64,000 bases of DNA from an uncultured virus (IMG/VR IMGVR_UViG_3300008448_000053). Lineage: Duplodnaviria > Heunggongvirae > Uroviricota > Caudoviricetes. Each line of letters starts with the position of its first letter. Positions within the stretch are counted from its first letter, which is position 1. The notes below the pieces were generated by a model. It searched no databases. It saw only the letters and a program-made list of their open reading frames with translations, and was not told the DNA's origin. The stretch is from the IMG/VR virus record IMGVR_UViG_3300008448_000053, positions 1 to 64,000 of that record; one strand, given 5' to 3'. Both the position numbers and the translations under genes were made by a program. Positions 54,001 to 63,538 of this stretch are shown one piece after another.

Positions 54001-55265
54001 CAACAAATTTATTACATATTACAGGTTCTACCGATCCTGTTAGAATTCAAGGTCTACAATTATCAAATGACAACAATATAGTTACGGTAGACTCTAACGG
54101 TGTTCTACATTATTCACCATATAGTGGGTTAACAAATGATAAATGGATTTCTGGTGGTAGTTTTGATAATAGATATAATATACTTTATTTAGGGTATAAT
54201 ACTGGAGGTGGATTTAGAATTTATTTAGATATAACAGGTAACACTGGAAACACATTAGTAAACGCATCGAGATATTTTATTTCGGGATCAACACCAACGG
54301 GTTATGTTTTAGTTAATGGTGATAGATGGTATAACACAAACAATGGTATTGAATATGTGTGGATAAATGACGGAAATTCATCACAATGGGTACAACCGGC
54401 AACAATAGGAGGTGGTGGAGGTGGTACTACCACAATCGGTGATTATTTAGTTTTAAGTGGTTTAACTGCAAATACAATTAATGTAAATCAAATAGGTATA
54501 TCCGGAGATTGTGTTAATGATTTATATGTTTCAAATATACATTCTTGTTCACCATTAAATATTAATCCCTTAAACGAGGGTGACATAAATTTTGGATCAT
54601 CAACATCAGGTATTAGTATACAACTATCAGAAGGTAAAGGTGGTATTGGTATTGGAACAAGATCACCAACAAATAAATTACATATTGTTGGTTCAGAAAA
54701 TCCAGTAAGAATTGAGGGGTTACAAAGTGGTGATACAAACAATAAAGTTGTTACAATAAACAATGATGGTGTTCTCGCTTCTAGTACACTACCTCAATTC
54801 GCATCAACACTTCCAGTTAGTTTTAAATTAGGTTTTAACGGTATACCTAATTATGAAGTTTTTGGTGGAACTGGAGTACAAAATTTTGGACTACTTGATA
54901 GGGGTATGTTCGTTGCTTTTGATTTAGAAACTGCATTAAAATTACCACATACCACAACGGCAACAGATTATGTTTATTCATTTAGAGTAACAACACATGA
55001 ACAATTTGGTGGTGTTCAAAATAATGTCGGTGTTAGAACGGTACTTGCAAGTACTGCCGGTGAGTTTCCATATAATACAATTGCACCAGCGACGTACTTA
55101 TCACAAACAAGTACAAATTATGCACTTCAATATTCTGATGTTGTTGTTAATGTACCTAAAAATTATTTGGGTCAACCCGTTTATTATATAAAATTTGAAA
55201 TAATAATGGAAAGATTTGCCGGAGGTTCAACAAGTGTAATCGGAGCAAATTTAAGATTTAATTAA
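51057..55265 (+). CDS. Tail fibre / adhesin-like protein with trimeric beta-roll (YadA-head-like) repeats
   Basis: Many (N/S)xFIGxxAG repeats, three LTGLTINGDL repeats, GIGTxxP..LHI motifs and SATTISG repeats. Confidence 0.7.
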   Translation: MGLQKINWSQIDSITVPSGYTVQIGKIDGPIDAIYSENIYLSGTPISDLYLNSGSFSQGVLTLTSNSGNTITVSGFEYDFDRYTTGFTYSDNTFTIVDRSGYTLTASFNILTGLTINGDLDLNGDLNITGNTTLNGGFIATTISATTYQNLPIDPNIFVTGVTYGNNTLTINDNNNSSFVITINDLTGLTINGDLSVSGDTNLNTLFSNIISATTISGGTLYGDGSNLTNIDNIYTVDGYLLSNRIVDLSGNTLSLRRTSNINDRFLNGLDESGNILFEIRSSITNPAELEFANLFIGKNAGRISTSNVRTNLVVGNTSMTGITSGVKNTVFGNNSLTKLIRGSFNSIIGDTVAINFTGATTGTFGDDNVFIGNGSALNQLTGRNNVYIGTNTRQNATSGDGNTIVGKNAGFNNITGSNNVFIGLNAGRNETGSNLLYIENTTSSTPLIYGDFANDLLRFNGKVGVNVLPGTFQFDVNGTSRFSNTVQLDTVNLSTSDTKILSLSTGNTIQYRSLSDIISSVTGDTYVTGFTYNNSNKFTIFDNSGSTFSVLINELTGLTINGDLSVSGNTNLNYLEVNTISATTISGQTFYGDGRNLQGIPKWYAESDVIPTVYPYEKPYVITGSTGQGSFALGPNAQSLSFDQISFGDFAGRETTGASRSTFIGYGSGIRANDSDLSNFIGQSAGSDSKNSNNSNFIGIGAGQNSKNAGFSNFIGYNAGYNINGETIVGFDRQIRGFDSNFIGNLAGSGALYASGSTFIGTNAGSNANYARFSNFIGYLAGKDSTNASYSTLIGFNVGTPRFGFSKIGKNNIIIGNSITLPNGTTDSINIGGVLFGINTNFDTSGGSPSDSPTTTGKIGIGVVTPLNRLHVEDTIDPVRFVGLQSGTTETRILTSDNNGIIKYKNLSDITISGNYLPLSGGTVTDDVLFQSGITATTISGQTFYGVGSNKQVIYNNNGILSGSTGFTYDGTNVGIGTESPTNLLHITGSTDPVRIQGLQLSNDNNIVTVDSNGVLHYSPYSGLTNDKWISGGSFDNRYNILYLGYNTGGGFRIYLDITGNTGNTLVNASRYFISGSTPTGYVLVNGDRWYNTNNGIEYVWINDGNSSQWVQPATIGGGGGGTTTIGDYLVLSGLTANTINVNQIGISGDCVNDLYVSNIHSCSPLNINPLNEGDINFGSSTSGISIQLSEGKGGIGIGTRSPTNKLHIVGSENPVRIEGLQSGDTNNKVVTINNDGVLASSTLPQFASTLPVSFKLGFNGIPNYEVFGGTGVQNFGLLDRGMFVAFDLETALKLPHTTTATDYVYSFRVTTHEQFGGVQNNVGVRTVLASTAGEFPYNTIAPATYLSQTSTNYALQYSDVVVNVPKNYLGQPVYYIKFEIIMERFAGGSTSVIGANLRFN

Positions 55266-55273
55266 TATAAATT

Positions 55274-55513
55274 ATGACTGAAGAATTGGCAATTAAATAT
55301 GGTAAATTAGTTCAATTTGGGGTTGACTATATGATTGGTTTCAATTCCTTCGCCGATTTATTTGTAATCAAATACAATGAATTTAAAGCGGAGATCATGG
55401 AATTTGGTTATAGTGATGATAGAAGAAAATGGGTGACCCAAAATAAAAATGAAATTATTCAATTGTACGATGATTTAAATTCATCTGGGTTGATACCAAC
55501 AGAACCAATTTAA
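55274..55513 (+). CDS. Hypothetical protein (possible fibre chaperone)
   Basis: Small ORF directly after the fibre gene. Confidence 0.5.
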   Translation: MTEELAIKYGKLVQFGVDYMIGFNSFADLFVIKYNEFKAEIMEFGYSDDRRKWVTQNKNEIIQLYDDLNSSGLIPTEPI

Positions 55514-55547
55514 TAAAGATAAATGAATAAAAAAATATTTATAATAA

Positions 55548-57722
55548 ATGGCAATTAATTTTCCAAATTCACCGGTTATCGGAGATTTATATACTTTCGC
55601 TAGTACAACATGGCAGTGGTCAGGTGAGTATTGGGGTGTATGGACAGGAACAACAGCGGTTATTACAGATTATTTACCATTAAGTGGTGGAACAGTTACT
55701 GGTGATGTATTATTTCAAAGTGGTGTTACCGCAACTACCATTAGTGGGAACACGATATATGGTGATGGATCTAATTTAACTAATGTAGATAATCTTTATA
55801 ATATTGATGGAACATTACAATCAAACAGAACGGTATCAACCACAAGTGGGTACACATTAACAATTAATCCACAAACAACTTTTTCACCTTCAATTACATC
55901 GGTAACAGTAACCACCGCAACAACAATAGGTACAATATTTAATCCATCATTGACGGCATCAATATCTGGAAATACTTTAATTGGTCTCGATATATCACCA
56001 ACGTATACAAATTCACCACATTCCAATGTTACAAATATAGATTTAAGAACAAGAAATGCGGGTGTTGTTATTGGTTCTAGTTATGGATATGGTTTTTTGT
56101 ATGGAAATTCAAATGACGGTATTGTAGAAATTTCTGATGAAGGTTCTTTTATAACAAGAATGACATTTAGACCATCGGGAAATTCCGGTGGTTATAATGG
56201 TAATTGGTGGAGTCGTATCGAACAGAACGGAAATAATTTTAGAGTCTACTCAGGTAACTATCCAACAGGACAATTAAGTGGTCAATGGTTAGTCGGGGGG
56301 CCTGTAGATAATAGTACAACATTTGGTGCACTTTTTAATAATAATGGAAATATAATTGTCGGATCGACAACTGATTCTGGTGTTAAATTAGATAGTTACG
56401 GTGTAACAAGAATTCAAAATAATTTTGGTGTTGGAACTTTTTCCACACCATCACAACCAATTTTAACTGATTCAACAACGGGTGGTGCGATTACAGGTGA
56501 AACAACAGGTACAACATACACATATCGCATTGTTGGTGTTGATAATCTTGGTTATACCACACCAGCTGGTACAATAAGTTCTGTTTCACTTTCTGGATTA
56601 ACTAATTCTGTTAGTCTTACATGGACGGCAATCGCCGGTATATCCTCGTATAGAGTATATAGATCAAATCCTTGGAATAGTACAAATAGGTTTTATAACA
56701 CAAGTACAAATTCATTTACCGATACGGGTTCATCTGCCGCTTGTGATGGATCTGGTTGTAATCCACCAACACAAAATCGAACATTAAAAACAAATATAAG
56801 TTCAAGTGGTAATTTATTTGTTAACTCTAATGGTACTTTTACTGGTAACGTATTAATTGGTGGTGTATCATCTGGCTTTGAAATAAACACAACATCATCC
56901 ACAGTACCAATTGCAAATGTTGGTATATATAGAAAACCAGGAAATGGAAATTCAACATATTTTATTGAAGATGAACAAGGCGGTGCAAAAGACAAATGGA
57001 CTTTTGTTAGAAGAGGTGGATATGGATTAGTGAGAGACTATTATCAGGGTAATTCATCTATTGTAAACATAAATTTAGGTTGGACAAATCCTAACACTAA
57101 TGGATGGGACGCAAATACTTTATTAATAGACCCAGTAATTAATAAAACCAATGCGTTTTCTACAACAATAAGAGGTATATATTATAACCCAATATTGTCG
57201 GGTATGACGGGCGTAACACACATCGCATATCAAAACACAACGGGTGATAACATATTAAATAGTTTGTCTGGAAATACTTTAATTGGTACAACAGTTGATA
57301 GTGGACATAAGTTATCAATATCGGCAACAACAAACCCAATTAGAATACAAGGACTCCAAATAAGTTCGGGGGACACAAGAATATTAACTTCAGATTCTAA
57401 CGGTGTAATTGGATATAGAAATTTATCATCAGCATTAGCTTATAGTACAACAGGTATAACCGTATCATCACAAACATTAACAACGTCATTCAATTATTAT
57501 GGTGTTAATTATAATGGAGATGTTGATTTAACATTACCAAATCCGAGTGGTTATGATGGTTATAATTTTACAATTAAAGATGAAGGAGGATATGCGGCAA
57601 CACATAGAATAAGATTAATTCCATCTTCAGGATTAATTGATGGGAATAATTATGTTGATATTAATTTAAGATATGTCGCCCTTCATTTAATGGCAAGAGA
57701 TAATAATTGGTGGATAATATAA
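55548..57722 (+). CDS. Tail fibre-like protein
   Basis: MAINFPNSP..GD N-terminus, YLPLSGGTVTG, modules shared with 51057..55265, and a C-terminal LTLP...IKDEGG...IDG domain. Confidence 0.65.
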   Translation: MAINFPNSPVIGDLYTFASTTWQWSGEYWGVWTGTTAVITDYLPLSGGTVTGDVLFQSGVTATTISGNTIYGDGSNLTNVDNLYNIDGTLQSNRTVSTTSGYTLTINPQTTFSPSITSVTVTTATTIGTIFNPSLTASISGNTLIGLDISPTYTNSPHSNVTNIDLRTRNAGVVIGSSYGYGFLYGNSNDGIVEISDEGSFITRMTFRPSGNSGGYNGNWWSRIEQNGNNFRVYSGNYPTGQLSGQWLVGGPVDNSTTFGALFNNNGNIIVGSTTDSGVKLDSYGVTRIQNNFGVGTFSTPSQPILTDSTTGGAITGETTGTTYTYRIVGVDNLGYTTPAGTISSVSLSGLTNSVSLTWTAIAGISSYRVYRSNPWNSTNRFYNTSTNSFTDTGSSAACDGSGCNPPTQNRTLKTNISSSGNLFVNSNGTFTGNVLIGGVSSGFEINTTSSTVPIANVGIYRKPGNGNSTYFIEDEQGGAKDKWTFVRRGGYGLVRDYYQGNSSIVNINLGWTNPNTNGWDANTLLIDPVINKTNAFSTTIRGIYYNPILSGMTGVTHIAYQNTTGDNILNSLSGNTLIGTTVDSGHKLSISATTNPIRIQGLQISSGDTRILTSDSNGVIGYRNLSSALAYSTTGITVSSQTLTTSFNYYGVNYNGDVDLTLPNPSGYDGYNFTIKDEGGYAATHRIRLIPSSGLIDGNNYVDINLRYVALHLMARDNNWWII

Positions 57723-57734
57723 AAAATATAATAT

Positions 57735-58970
57735 ATGTCATATATAATTAACAATGAAATAAAATATTCAAACTCTCCAAACATAGATTCGTTTGGTAGA
57801 TTAAGAGTTAGTGAACCATTTACATTATTTGATTCAAGCCATAGGTATGATGATAATGGATTATGGTCTACTGCCACTGCTACAGGTGGTACTGCTACAT
57901 TTGATGCTAACCAAGGACTAATTAACTTAGATGTAACAGCGGATTCAGGTTCTTCTGTTACAAGAGAAACTATAAAGGTATTTTCATATCAACCTGGTAA
58001 AAGTCTTCTTGTACTATCTACATTTGTAATGAGTGCTGCTAAAACAGGTCTTAGACAAAGAGTGGGTTATTATGGAGCAGAAAATGGATATTATTTAGAA
58101 CAGAGTGGTAGTACAGTAAGTTTTGTTGAAAGAAGTTCTGTCTCAGGAGCATTAGTAGATACACCTGTTGCTCAGGCAAGTTGGAATGTTGACCCTATGA
58201 ATGGCTCAGGGCCAAGTGGAATAATACTTGATTTTACAAAAGCCCAAATTTTATTTATGGATTTGGAGTGGTTGGGTGTGGGTACAGTTAGAATAGGATT
58301 TGTAATAGATGGTAACTTTCATGTTTGTCATAAGTTTCAGCATGCTAATTTAATTACATCTACATATATTACAACAGCTTCACTACCATTAAGATATGAA
58401 ATAACAAATACAACTGCTACAAGTGGAGCAAGTACATTAAAGCAAATATGTTCTACAGTGTTATCTGAAGGAGGATATCAACTTAATGGGTTACAACAAG
58501 CTGTTGGTATTCCTGTAACAACTCCAACAACATTAGCAGTTGCAGGAACGTTTTATCCTGTACTAAGTATACGTCTTAAAACATCTCCTAATCGTTTAGA
58601 TGCTATAGTGATATCTACCGCAATTTCTATAATGGCAACTATTTCAGGAGATTATAATTGGCAGGTAATATCATCTGGAACTACAACAGGTGGTACTTGG
58701 GTTGATGCTCCTAATAACTCTTCTGTTCAATATAACATAGACGGAACTTCATTTACAGGAGGAAGAATACTTGCAAGTGGGTTTTTTAGTGTGTCAAACC
58801 AAGGTTCAACTCAAGTTGATATTCTTAAAGAAGCACTCTTTAAAACACAACTTGAAAGAAATGGATTAACAGGAACTCCATTTGAACTTACTATTGTAGT
58901 AGCTTCTAATGTAGGAGGTGGAGGAGGAGCTATTCTTGCATCAATGGATTGGGAAGAAATAAGTAGATAA
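57735..58970 (+). CDS. Putative virion structural protein (beta-rich)
   Basis: DSFGRLRVSEPFTLFD...YQPGKS...WLGVG...WEE pattern seen in phage structural proteins. Confidence 0.5.
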   Translation: MSYIINNEIKYSNSPNIDSFGRLRVSEPFTLFDSSHRYDDNGLWSTATATGGTATFDANQGLINLDVTADSGSSVTRETIKVFSYQPGKSLLVLSTFVMSAAKTGLRQRVGYYGAENGYYLEQSGSTVSFVERSSVSGALVDTPVAQASWNVDPMNGSGPSGIILDFTKAQILFMDLEWLGVGTVRIGFVIDGNFHVCHKFQHANLITSTYITTASLPLRYEITNTTATSGASTLKQICSTVLSEGGYQLNGLQQAVGIPVTTPTTLAVAGTFYPVLSIRLKTSPNRLDAIVISTAISIMATISGDYNWQVISSGTTTGGTWVDAPNNSSVQYNIDGTSFTGGRILASGFFSVSNQGSTQVDILKEALFKTQLERNGLTGTPFELTIVVASNVGGGGGAILASMDWEEISR

Positions 58971-59064
58971 TTATGGTGGAAGTAACCAAACATTAAGAAG
59001 TGAAATTAATTTAAGTTACTTTTTATAAAATTACAATAAACTAAATATTTATAAATAAAATACA

Positions 59065-59448
59065 ATGATACAAATAGAATTAAAAGCAAAACATTTTTAC
59101 TTAATTGCTGAAATATTATTCGGATTTGCAGCATATAGTTCGTTTTCAACATTACACAAAATAAAAGATGGTTGTATTGGTGTTGGTGATGACGATTTAG
59201 TAACTATTGAGTCCGATGTTAATACTGTAACAACCGTTTTTAACATTTTGTCTCAAAAACCTGAAGGTAGTTATAATGAAATAAATACAGAAATGTTAAC
59301 TTTATTACAATCACAAATAGTGACAGGTGTGAGTAATAATGATCCTAATTGGATTCAACTTTCAGAGAATGTTACCGAGATAAGAAATAATAATTTTGCG
59401 TTGATAACTAATTCAATTCAAAGTGGTAAGTCGAGGTTATATAACTAA
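59065..59448 (+). CDS. Hypothetical protein
   Basis: 127-aa ORF with TATTTAT upstream. Confidence 0.6.
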   Translation: MIQIELKAKHFYLIAEILFGFAAYSSFSTLHKIKDGCIGVGDDDLVTIESDVNTVTTVFNILSQKPEGSYNEINTEMLTLLQSQIVTGVSNNDPNWIQLSENVTEIRNNNFALITNSIQSGKSRLYN

Positions 59449-59842
59449 AGATAATGTAGTCGAAAAACTACTAACCGACGAATTAATTATCCAATCCTAC
59501 GTATATTCCGATAATAGTTCCAAATATTGGAAAATAGCACAACCAATTACGGTAGTATTAAGTAGTGGTAAAATCATAAACATCCCCAAAGGATTTTATT
59601 ATGATATGTCCACAGTACCTAAATGGTTGTGGTCAATTGTGAGACCATATAATGACGGTCTATTTGGTTATTTAGTACACGACGTTTTATATGTTAATAG
59701 AAATCACAACATGACAAGAAAGGAATGTGATAAAGAAATGTTGTTTTGGACAAATATCACCAATTCAAACAAGTTTGATAATAAATTAAGATATTATGTT
59801 GTTAGGTTGTTAGGTTGGTTGTGGTGGTATAAAATCATATAA
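59423..59842 (+). CDS. DUF1353-family protein
   Basis: IPKGFYYDMSTVPKWLW, LVHDVLY, RKECD and VRLLG. Confidence 0.75.
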   Translation: MVSRGYITKDNVVEKLLTDELIIQSYVYSDNSSKYWKIAQPITVVLSSGKIINIPKGFYYDMSTVPKWLWSIVRPYNDGLFGYLVHDVLYVNRNHNMTRKECDKEMLFWTNITNSNKFDNKLRYYVVRLLGWLWWYKII

Positions 59843-59882
59843 AATTTAATTTTCATATGATATTTATAGTAAACAATATCCT

Positions 59883-60809
59883 ATGAAAAATACCTATCTT
59901 TTTTTTATTCTATTTTTGTTTTTTTCTTGTCAAAAAATAACAAACAATTTTACATTAAAAAATAAACCAGAATCATGTGACTTTCTAAACGGTAATTACA
60001 ATACCGTTGCTAGAATGTCTCCACAAGAACAACAGATTGCACTTAGAACAAGAGTAAGGGACACAGACAAAGATGGTATACCTAATACACAGGATAACTG
60101 TTCTGTCACATTTAACCCCGATCAATTAGATAGTGATAAAGATGGTATAGGAGACGCTTGTGATGCAACACCATTTCCACCTATTGTTGGTACAGGAAAC
60201 TGGGTTATATTTTTAGATTTTGATGGGGAATATGTAAATAGTCCTTATTGGATAGGGCAAAACGGAGGTTTACCATTTTATGCTACACCATCAGGACTTA
60301 GTTCAACAGAAATAAAAAACATTGTAGATTCTATAACCACTGACTTTGCTCAATTTAAAAACATCAATGTCACTACAGACTCTAGTGTTTATAATAATGC
60401 TTCTATTGTTCGTAGACAGAGATTGATAATTACAGAAAACTATGAATGGTATTGTGGACCAACAGCTTGTGCAGGAGGTGTCGCTTTTATAGAATCAATA
60501 AAATGGGGTGAAGAGGTAGTTGCTTTTGTATTTAGTAAAGCATTAGGATATAGACAAAAATCTATTTGGGAAGCTTCATCTCATGAGGTAGGACACACTT
60601 TTGGATTGTACCACCAAGCAAATTATGATGCTAATTGTAATTTTCTTGCAGAATATTTCGCAGGTTTTGGAAATTCTACAACAGGTAGAGCACCTATCAT
60701 GGGTAATTCTTATTCAAGACCTGGATATTGGTGGATAGGACCTAATTCATTTGGATGTACTAGTATTCAAAACGATAGTCTAATAATAAGAAACTTAGTA
60801 GGATATTAA
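59883..60809 (+). CDS. Lipoprotein zinc metalloprotease (metzincin) with thrombospondin type-3 repeats
   Basis: Signal peptide with lipobox FFSC; DTDKDGIPNTQDNC...QLDSDKDGIGDACD; HEVGHTFGLYH; Met-turn PIMG. Confidence 0.8.
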   Translation: MKNTYLFFILFLFFSCQKITNNFTLKNKPESCDFLNGNYNTVARMSPQEQQIALRTRVRDTDKDGIPNTQDNCSVTFNPDQLDSDKDGIGDACDATPFPPIVGTGNWVIFLDFDGEYVNSPYWIGQNGGLPFYATPSGLSSTEIKNIVDSITTDFAQFKNINVTTDSSVYNNASIVRRQRLIITENYEWYCGPTACAGGVAFIESIKWGEEVVAFVFSKALGYRQKSIWEASSHEVGHTFGLYHQANYDANCNFLAEYFAGFGNSTTGRAPIMGNSYSRPGYWWIGPNSFGCTSIQNDSLIIRNLVGY

Positions 60810-60820
60810 AAAAACAAAAT

Positions 60821-61063
60821 ATGATACCACAAGACAAAGCAATGCATTTTACCGCAGGATTCGCATTATCCCTTTTAATTGTAATTATAAACGCTCGGTT
60901 TGATTTTTTCACACAACCAACACTAGGATTTATTTGTTTAGGTGTGGCAACAATTGCAGGATTACTTAAAGAATGTTATGATAGATTTTATCAAAAAGAA
61001 AAATTTGATTGGGTCGATGCTGGTGTAACTTCATTAGGTGCGGTACTTTATTTTTTCGCATGA
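60821..61063 (+). CDS. Small membrane protein (DK..HF / KE..D / D motif family)
   Basis: PQDKAMHF, KECYD and FDWVD with hydrophobic helices. Confidence 0.6.
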   Translation: MIPQDKAMHFTAGFALSLLIVIINARFDFFTQPTLGFICLGVATIAGLLKECYDRFYQKEKFDWVDAGVTSLGAVLYFFA

Positions 61064-61082
61064 TATTTATAAATAAAAACAT

Positions 61083-61328
61083 ATGGCTAGTTTAATTGAC
61101 AAGGTAAAAGTTAAATCAGGTAGATTAATCAGAGTTTGGAATACTGAAAAGAAGAAGTTTTCAAACGCTTCTGCTAAATATGTTTCCGTTTGGGTAGAAG
61201 ATGCTGACGGTAAAAACGAAAGATGTCTTCTATTCACAGAAAAGGAGATTGCCAGAGCAGAAGAAAGATCTAAAAACAATTCTGAGGATTTAACAACCAA
61301 AGGATTTTTTACCGATTTAACCGATTAA
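61083..61328 (+). CDS. Hypothetical protein
   Basis: 81-aa ORF with TATTTAT upstream. Confidence 0.6.
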   Translation: MASLIDKVKVKSGRLIRVWNTEKKKFSNASAKYVSVWVEDADGKNERCLLFTEKEIARAEERSKNNSEDLTTKGFFTDLTD

Positions 61329-61392
61329 AAAAAAAAGATAAAATACTTTTTATTTTGAAAAATATTCATTATATTTTAGTGAATATTTTTTT

Positions 61393-62166
61393 ATGCGTTT
61401 AGGTGTAAGTTATAACATATTTGATGGAGAAGAATTACTCGAAGGTTCTATTAAGCAAATAAGATCAGAAGTCGATTATATTTCAGTTGTTTATCAGACA
61501 ATATCTAATTTTGGAAATAAATGTAATGAAGAATTGATACCATTACTCAATAGATTAAAATCGGAAGGTTTAGTTGATGAGTTATACGAATACAAACCAA
61601 AGATCGAGAATGGTGGACATTACAACGAAATTGTAAAAAGAAATATTGGTCTTTATATTTCCCAAGGAAATAGATGTACTCACCATATGAGTATGGATTC
61701 CGATGAATTTTATTTATTGGAACAATTCAAATATCTAAAAAATAAACTAATAGATGGGGACTATGATTCATCATATTGTCAGATGAAGACTTATTTTAAA
61801 GAACCCACATATGAAATTTTTCCATATAACACATATTATGTTTCTTTGATTTTTAAAATATTAAATAATTCTACATATAAGTTTGGAAACATATCACCTG
61901 TATTGGTGGACCCAACTCGTAGAATGGATTCAAATAAACCATTAATATTAACTAGAGATGAAATGGAGATGCATCACATGAGTTATGTTAGAAAAAATAT
62001 AAAAACAAAATTAATAAATAGTTCTTCTAAGGATGCTTTTAAAAACATTGATGAATTTTTAAAAATGTACGACGAATATAAATTAGGTGACATTTTTTTT
62101 ACCACAACACCGCCCGGTAATGAAAGAACAAAATTAGTTGATAATATTTTTAATATTAATTTATAA
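61393..62166 (+). CDS. Glycosyltransferase (GT-A fold, GT2-like)
   Basis: KRN motif, MDSDEFY (DxD) and HHMSYVR. Confidence 0.65.
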   Translation: MRLGVSYNIFDGEELLEGSIKQIRSEVDYISVVYQTISNFGNKCNEELIPLLNRLKSEGLVDELYEYKPKIENGGHYNEIVKRNIGLYISQGNRCTHHMSMDSDEFYLLEQFKYLKNKLIDGDYDSSYCQMKTYFKEPTYEIFPYNTYYVSLIFKILNNSTYKFGNISPVLVDPTRRMDSNKPLILTRDEMEMHHMSYVRKNIKTKLINSSSKDAFKNIDEFLKMYDEYKLGDIFFTTTPPGNERTKLVDNIFNINL

Positions 62167-62876
62167 TGAAAATTTGTTTATATACGGCGATATTTGGTGA
62201 TTACGAAACACTAAAACCACCAGAAAAAATAGATGGATTAGATTATATATGTTTCACCGATAATCCCGATTTAAAATCGGATGATTGGAAGATAATATAT
62301 ATCGAAAAAGATAATAATGTTCCACCGGCTGTTTCATATAAAAAAATAAAATGTCTTTCACACAATTACTTACCAGATTACGATTACACTATTTGGTTAG
62401 ATGCTAATTTTGTTATAAAAGATAAAGACTACGTTAATTTTTTATTTAAAAATTTTAAATCAGATAAAATTTTATTATATAAACATTTTTGTTTGGCTGG
62501 GTTCCCGAGGAATTGTATATACCAAGAAGGTATATATAGTTTGACAATACCAAAATATTCAAAAGAAAAAATATTACCTCAATTAAATGAATATAAGAAT
62601 TTACATAACTATCCAGAAAATAATGGACTATACCAAAGTGGATTTCTTTTAAGAAACAACAGATATTTAGATGTTATTGAATTTAATAAATTATGGTTTA
62701 AAGAAATAATGAAATTTGGAATGATTTATCCACAATGTCAGGTATCTCTACCATTTACATTATGGAAACTAAACATTAGTTTTAACATAATTCCTGATGA
62801 GAATATATGGAACACTCAAAGATATGAAATAACAGTTCATGGTAATAATGAAAAATTTAAACCCGCATACGTATGA
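62166..62876 (+). CDS. DUF616 (TOD1/MUCI70-like) glycosyltransferase
   Basis: YTAIFGDYE, CFTDN, K.LSH.YLPDYDYTIWLDAN, RNCIY.E and QVSLPF. Confidence 0.75.
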   Translation: MKICLYTAIFGDYETLKPPEKIDGLDYICFTDNPDLKSDDWKIIYIEKDNNVPPAVSYKKIKCLSHNYLPDYDYTIWLDANFVIKDKDYVNFLFKNFKSDKILLYKHFCLAGFPRNCIYQEGIYSLTIPKYSKEKILPQLNEYKNLHNYPENNGLYQSGFLLRNNRYLDVIEFNKLWFKEIMKFGMIYPQCQVSLPFTLWKLNISFNIIPDENIWNTQRYEITVHGNNEKFKPAYV

Positions 62877-63538
62877 AATTATTAATACAATTTCCAACTA
62901 GAAACAGACCCATTAAATTTTTAAATGTTTTAAAAATTTATAATGATTTATTAAGTGATAATGAAAATTATTTTATTAATGTCAGTTGTGATGTTGATGA
63001 TCAGTTAATGAATAATAATGATATTAAAAACGAGATAAGTAAACTTAAAAATACAAGATTAGTATTTAATCAAAATAAAAGTAAAATAGAAGCAATAAAT
63101 AATGGTTTTAGTGATATAGAGTATGATATTATTTTATTGGCTTCTGATGATATGGTGCCAGAAATAAAAAATTATGATGAAATAATAAGAGATGAAATGA
63201 AAAAAAACTTCGTTGATACCGACGGTATTTTATGGTTTAATGATGGAAATCATGGAGATAATTTGAATACGTTGTGTATTTTAGGTAAAAAATATTATGA
63301 TAGATTTAATTACATATACAATCCAGAATATAAATCTTTATGGTCTGATAATGAATTTACAATTGTCGGTAATATGTTAAAAAAACAAGTTTATAATAGT
63401 AAAGTTATCATAAGACATAAACATCACAGTGTTGATAAATCCAATGAATTTGATTCTTTATATCAGAGAAACGAAACACACTACGGTGATGATTTTTTAA
63501 CATTTAAAAGAAGACAAGAAAAAAATTTTTATTTATGA
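62873..63538 (+). CDS. Glycosyltransferase family 2-like
   Basis: PTRNRP, DVDD, SKIEAIN, LASDDM and Y.SLWSDNE. Confidence 0.75.
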   Translation: MKLLIQFPTRNRPIKFLNVLKIYNDLLSDNENYFINVSCDVDDQLMNNNDIKNEISKLKNTRLVFNQNKSKIEAINNGFSDIEYDIILLASDDMVPEIKNYDEIIRDEMKKNFVDTDGILWFNDGNHGDNLNTLCILGKKYYDRFNYIYNPEYKSLWSDNEFTIVGNMLKKQVYNSKVIIRHKHHSVDKSNEFDSLYQRNETHYGDDFLTFKRRQEKNFYL

